Shown here piece after piece: positions 24,344 to 28,107 of a stretch of 28,107 bases of DNA; the stretch's first letter is position 1; the number at the start of each line of letters is the position of its first letter. A program made the position numbers and the translations under genes. Origin of the DNA: a virus (Duplodnaviria; Caudoviricetes); IMG/VR virus record IMGVR_UViG_3300025270_000064, positions 1 to 28,107 of that record; one strand, given 5' to 3'. The notes below the pieces were generated by a model. It saw only the letters and a program-made list of their open reading frames with translations. It searched no databases and was not told the origin of the DNA.

Positions 24344-24598
24344 ATGTTAAAGCCTACAGTTAGGAAACATATAGAAGCTATGATAAAGTGGTACTGGAAT
24401 AACAGAAAATTGGGATTTCGTACTAGAGATATACAAGGTCTCTCAGAAAGAGGTGTTGGATTATATGGTAGAAGATTAGGATCCCCTTCCACATATGATA
24501 GAGTTTTTAGGGATATGAAAGAAAAGGGAGTAATTGATGTTAAAGAACAAACAACCAGAACAGATTCAGTCTGGTTATTAAGGGGACATAAGTTATGA
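24344..24598 (+). CDS. Putative winged-helix DNA-binding protein (84 aa)
   Basis: AAGGAGG SD; FRTRDIQ...SPSTYDRVFRDMKEKGVI followed by a beta wing. Confidence 0.6.
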   Translation: MLKPTVRKHIEAMIKWYWNNRKLGFRTRDIQGLSERGVGLYGRRLGSPSTYDRVFRDMKEKGVIDVKEQTTRTDSVWLLRGHKL

Positions 24599-26334
24599 TA
24601 TTAAAAGAGTATGCGTTTTCGCTTACCAATCGCCATCATTTCTTTCCTCCAAGCCAGATTTCTTCATTTTATAACATTTCATCTGACACATTTATGTCCT
24701 TATGGGACTATGATGAAGAAGTAGTTGAACATGTTAAGACCAAGAAGACATTATCTGGATATAGAGGAAAGCTATACATGCCTGATGAATTTATATTTGA
24801 TGTTGATGGTGCAAATATAAAACAGGCCAAGGAATTGACATTTGCATTACTAAATCTATTAGAAGATGCTCAAGTGTCTATACCAGTACAAGTCTATTTC
24901 TCTGGAGAAAAAGGCTTTCATGTACATATTTCAGGTTCTGCTTTCAGATGGGAACCTTGTAATGATTTACATTTAAAAGTTAAGCATGTCTTGAAGAGTA
25001 AAGGTATTTATGATTATGCAGATCCACTTGTAATAGATAGAACGAGATTAATCAGAGTACCAAATACTTTGAAAATTCATTCAGGATATTGGAAAGTACC
25101 GCTTAAACGGTCTGAAATAGCAGATGTAGATGAACATTGGCTGGATTTAAATGCTGCTAAACCAAGAGATAACTTCATTTTTGAAGAATTAGATACAAAC
25201 CCTTCATTTGATGTAACAAAATCTCTTCCGAAAGCAAAGTTTACTTCTCAAGGTAGAACATCAATATCTAATAACTACATATGTATCCAAAAGATGATGG
25301 AGAATGTTCCATACGGATTTAGACATAAGGCAGCTTTAACTCTTGGTTCTCATCTGAGAATTAGGTTTCCAGAAGATGCTGTAAGGATATTTATGGAGTA
25401 TTGGAGAGTAAAGATATCTTCAGCTGAAAATCCGTTTACTGAAAGTGAGATGGAAAAGATAGTGGATTCAGTATATAATGCTAATAATGGTGAAGGATAC
25501 AACTTTGGATGTAATTCGGAGATAAAAGATAGATTGTGTTCGCCAGAATGCAAACTGTACAAGTCTAAGAAGTCTATTAGCAGCTACAATATAAGTGATC
25601 TTGAGAAAGAACTTATAACTTTCTATTCATCTAATCAGGAACCTCTTGACATAGGTAGTATATATGATCAGAGTTTTCCTGTACATCCAGGTGAGACCAT
25701 ACTTATCACTGCTCCACCAGAATCAATGAAGTCAATGTTAATATTAAATTGGTTGCTTGCATTCAAGAAGGAGTCATATTTCATGGAATTTGAGATGTCT
25801 AGACGACAAGTGATGGAAAGGATATCAATGATTCATAATGGATGGAATCAAGAATCTCTAGTAGAACATTATAAAACTGGTAAGAATGGAATGCCTGAGA
25901 TGAAGAATATTGAGTTTGAATTTGAACCATGTTTTCCATGGGAGATAAGAAAAAAGCTTGATGTTATTGATTTTAAGCCTGAAGTGATATTTATAGATCA
26001 CTGTGGATTAATGAAATCAAGGTTCAGAGACGAGATATCAAAGGATAAAGATATTTCTGAAGGAATAATGAATCTATCTAAAGATCTAAATTGTATTGTA
26101 ATAGGAATATGGGAATTATCCAAGGAAGCTTTTAAATCTGGAGTAGATATAGCAAGTCCTTCAGGATCATTCAGGATATCCTATAATGCAAATAAGATAC
26201 TAGCATTAAAGCCAATTAGAGGGGCTAGTGGATCTATAGAACATCTTGAGCTTATTACTCTAAAGAATAGAGAGCAAGAAAGACTCAACTGTAGACTTGA
26301 TGTTGATCAAAGAAAGAATGGAAGGATAATATGA
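24595..26334 (+). CDS. Primase (AEP) - SF4-like helicase fusion
   Basis: AEP motifs FDVD, FSGEKGFH, RLIRVPNT; PriCT-like RHKAALTL; Cys cluster FGC...LCSPECKLY; RecA-fold helicase with EFEM, IFIDH, KNRE. Confidence 0.82.
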   Translation: MILKEYAFSLTNRHHFFPPSQISSFYNISSDTFMSLWDYDEEVVEHVKTKKTLSGYRGKLYMPDEFIFDVDGANIKQAKELTFALLNLLEDAQVSIPVQVYFSGEKGFHVHISGSAFRWEPCNDLHLKVKHVLKSKGIYDYADPLVIDRTRLIRVPNTLKIHSGYWKVPLKRSEIADVDEHWLDLNAAKPRDNFIFEELDTNPSFDVTKSLPKAKFTSQGRTSISNNYICIQKMMENVPYGFRHKAALTLGSHLRIRFPEDAVRIFMEYWRVKISSAENPFTESEMEKIVDSVYNANNGEGYNFGCNSEIKDRLCSPECKLYKSKKSISSYNISDLEKELITFYSSNQEPLDIGSIYDQSFPVHPGETILITAPPESMKSMLILNWLLAFKKESYFMEFEMSRRQVMERISMIHNGWNQESLVEHYKTGKNGMPEMKNIEFEFEPCFPWEIRKKLDVIDFKPEVIFIDHCGLMKSRFRDEISKDKDISEGIMNLSKDLNCIVIGIWELSKEAFKSGVDIASPSGSFRISYNANKILALKPIRGASGSIEHLELITLKNREQERLNCRLDVDQRKNGRII

Positions 26335-26840
26335 AGAAGAGAAAAATGCATGAAATATCTACAGATATCATGAAACTTCAAATGGGTCTGGATATGCTAG
26401 ACCCAGAGGAGAGAGAGGTTCAAATTAAAAGCTTATTTGTTGAATTATTTGATAAAGAAGATGGCATTTACTGGCTATACACAGATAATGACAGAAAAGT
26501 AAGCATGATAAAAGAACACATTGATAAATGTAGAGCTGTTATGAATTCTATCAGAAAAGATAACGAATATGTTAAGAAGTTGGTTATAAACAACCATGAA
26601 GCTGTAGGCAGTCTTCCTAAACATTCGGTATTTAATCCAGTAAAGATTAGAAATTCAAGTGGTGCAGTAAATGTTGAAGATGAAAGCATAATTCCTAAAG
26701 AGTATTTTATTCTTGTACAGGAAGAAAGATTGGATAAGAAGAGGATACTGCAAGAGTTAAAACAGGGAAAGACAATTCCTGGAGTGAGTTTAGTAACAAA
26801 ACCATTTGTCAGTGGTTTAAAACAAAGGAGTAACGAATGA
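26331..26840 (+). CDS. Siphovirus Gp157-like protein
   Basis: N-terminal coiled-coil; C-terminal VNVEDESIIPKEYF...LDKKRILQELKQGKTIPGVSLV. Confidence 0.75.
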   Translation: MKKRKMHEISTDIMKLQMGLDMLDPEEREVQIKSLFVELFDKEDGIYWLYTDNDRKVSMIKEHIDKCRAVMNSIRKDNEYVKKLVINNHEAVGSLPKHSVFNPVKIRNSSGAVNVEDESIIPKEYFILVQEERLDKKRILQELKQGKTIPGVSLVTKPFVSGLKQRSNE

Positions 26841-27700
26841 ATACATTCGAGCCTTATACCTCAATAGAGAAGGTACCATTATTCACTGAGGATGGTGGTA
26901 TGCAGTCGAAAATGTACTCCATAAAGATGGAAGTGCCATATGAGACTAAAGACGGGATATACAATAAACCTTATGAATGTGGTGTTGTAAGTGAACAGTT
27001 TATGTTAATTCCAAATGCAGAAGTCAAAGAGTTTTCAGATGCTCTTGTATCAAGTTTACCAGGAAGTTGGAAAACAGGTAAGGAGATCTTTGATGGCAGC
27101 AAGTACATGATGACTCAGATTTGTGATAATGGTTTTGCCACTCATGAATTAAAGGTAGGAGACAAGGTTGCAATGGGACTGATGTGGCGTAATGCATATG
27201 ATATGACATGCTCATTATCTTTTGAGATCTTTGTCAATGTATTATCATGCCTTAATGGAATGGTACATAGACAATGGTTCAATAAGTTTCGTTTCAGACA
27301 TACGCCTAATAATTCTAATTGGGCTGAAGTTTTAGGTGAAGCTAAAGAATCAATTATTTATGCTGCTGATTCAATGCCAGAGTTAGTTGATAATCTTGAT
27401 AGATTAAACAATATCAATGTTGATACAACTGATAAATTGAAGTCTGTAAGACATCATTTAAGTAAAGATGTGCTTGGTTATACACAATGGGGAAAAGTTG
27501 TGGATAGATTCATTACAGAAGCACCAGCTAATGGAAATAATCACACCATGTGGGACATGACACAAGCTTGTACTCATACATTCTGGAATAGTGGAAAAGA
27601 TGATACCAAAATCAATTCTTGGGCTGATTTACAGACAAATGAAAAATGTGTGCGTAAATTAACTGCACTGAAGGAATTAACTCCAGTAGCAGAATCGTAA
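26837..27700 (+). CDS. DUF932-like protein
   Basis: GVVSEQFMLIPNAE, NAYDMT, SCLNGMV, FRH, TMWDMTQACT motifs. Confidence 0.7.
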   Translation: MNTFEPYTSIEKVPLFTEDGGMQSKMYSIKMEVPYETKDGIYNKPYECGVVSEQFMLIPNAEVKEFSDALVSSLPGSWKTGKEIFDGSKYMMTQICDNGFATHELKVGDKVAMGLMWRNAYDMTCSLSFEIFVNVLSCLNGMVHRQWFNKFRFRHTPNNSNWAEVLGEAKESIIYAADSMPELVDNLDRLNNINVDTTDKLKSVRHHLSKDVLGYTQWGKVVDRFITEAPANGNNHTMWDMTQACTHTFWNSGKDDTKINSWADLQTNEKCVRKLTALKELTPVAES

Positions 27701-27710
27701 GATAATAGAT

Positions 27711-27792
27711 AAAAGAGAGAGTTGACGGCTAAAACCACCATCCGTTAATACTGTTTCGGTGACAGGCAGTTAAGCGTGGTCTCTCTCTTTTT
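27711..27792 (+). ncRNA. Three-way-junction RNA with possible pseudoknot, ending in a U-tract
   Basis: AAAAGAGAGAG/CUCUCUCUUUU; UUGACGG/CCGUUAA; ACUGUUU/AGGCAGU; loop ACCAC complementary to GUGGU. Confidence 0.6.
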
Positions 27793-27806
27793 CTAGAAAG
27801 GAAAAC

Positions 27807-27941
27807 ATGAAAACAATATTGTTATTTGAACTTTTTGTTGCAATACAAGTTGTGGTTCTTATTTTTATATATGAAGTTATATGGAGAGAAATTAAAGATA
27901 GAAGAAAGAAGAGAAGAGATGCTGCAAAAAACAAAAGTTAG
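27807..27941 (+). CDS. 44-aa single-pass membrane protein
   Basis: MKTILLFELFVAIQVVVLIFIYEVIWREIKDRRKKRRDAAKNKS; AAGGA SD. Confidence 0.6.
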   Translation: MKTILLFELFVAIQVVVLIFIYEVIWREIKDRRKKRRDAAKNKS

Positions 27942-28107
27942 AGAAATTTTCAATAGACACAAGATCCAATTACCAGCAGAAACACTTGATTTTCTTGATA
28001 GTGAAGTAAGCAGAATGGTAGAGAGATGGGCTTTAAGCTGTAAAAACAATAACATAAAGCGAATCTCTTTAGATTTGATAGGATATATTGGACTAGTAAT
28101 GAACAGG
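27919..28107 (+). CDS. Histone-fold-like protein (3'-truncated by window edge)
   Basis: Not in the track: MLQKTKVREIFNRHKIQLPAETLDFLDSEVSRMVERWALSCKNNNIKRISLDLIGYIGLVMNR... Confidence 0.6.
   Translation, partial: MLQKTKVREIFNRHKIQLPAETLDFLDSEVSRMVERWALSCKNNNIKRISLDLIGYIGLVMNR

Noticed and set aside
17982-28055. Minus-strand ORFs in the right arm (17982, 19232, 22410, 25350, 26468, 27024, 27822)
   Set aside because: Antisense to well-supported plus-strand genes.

Overview
A 28.1-kb segment of a dsDNA tailed phage (Caudoviricetes) with two divergent arms. The minus-strand arm (1-17580) is the packaging and virion module: TerS-like protein, TerL, P22-like portal, scaffold, SU10/DUF5309-like major capsid protein, adaptor-like proteins, a 1401-aa repeat protein and a tail fibre running off the left edge. 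The plus-strand arm (17986-28107) holds small early genes interleaved with about 1.4 kb of densely structured non-coding sequence, then a recombination/replication module (Sak4-like ATPase, SSB, AEP primase-SF4 helicase, Gp157-like and DUF932-like proteins). Most notable observations: (1) back-to-back, separately closed RNA structures in the early region, including a minimal HDV-like ribozyme fold with non-canonical pair swaps; (2) a small gene with an in-frame UGA at a Cys-like position followed by a SECIS-like hairpin (candidate phage selenoprotein); (3) a virion protein whose Pro-rich and helical repeats are in mirror order, implying a ~100-nm hairpin stalk; (4) a circularly permuted Sak4-like ATPase; (5) a histone-fold-like ORF at the right edge; (6) a small protein that copies the capsid N-terminal arm. 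No tRNA, CRISPR array, integrase or DNA polymerase was seen. All family assignments and folds are by-eye motif recognition, not database or folding results.
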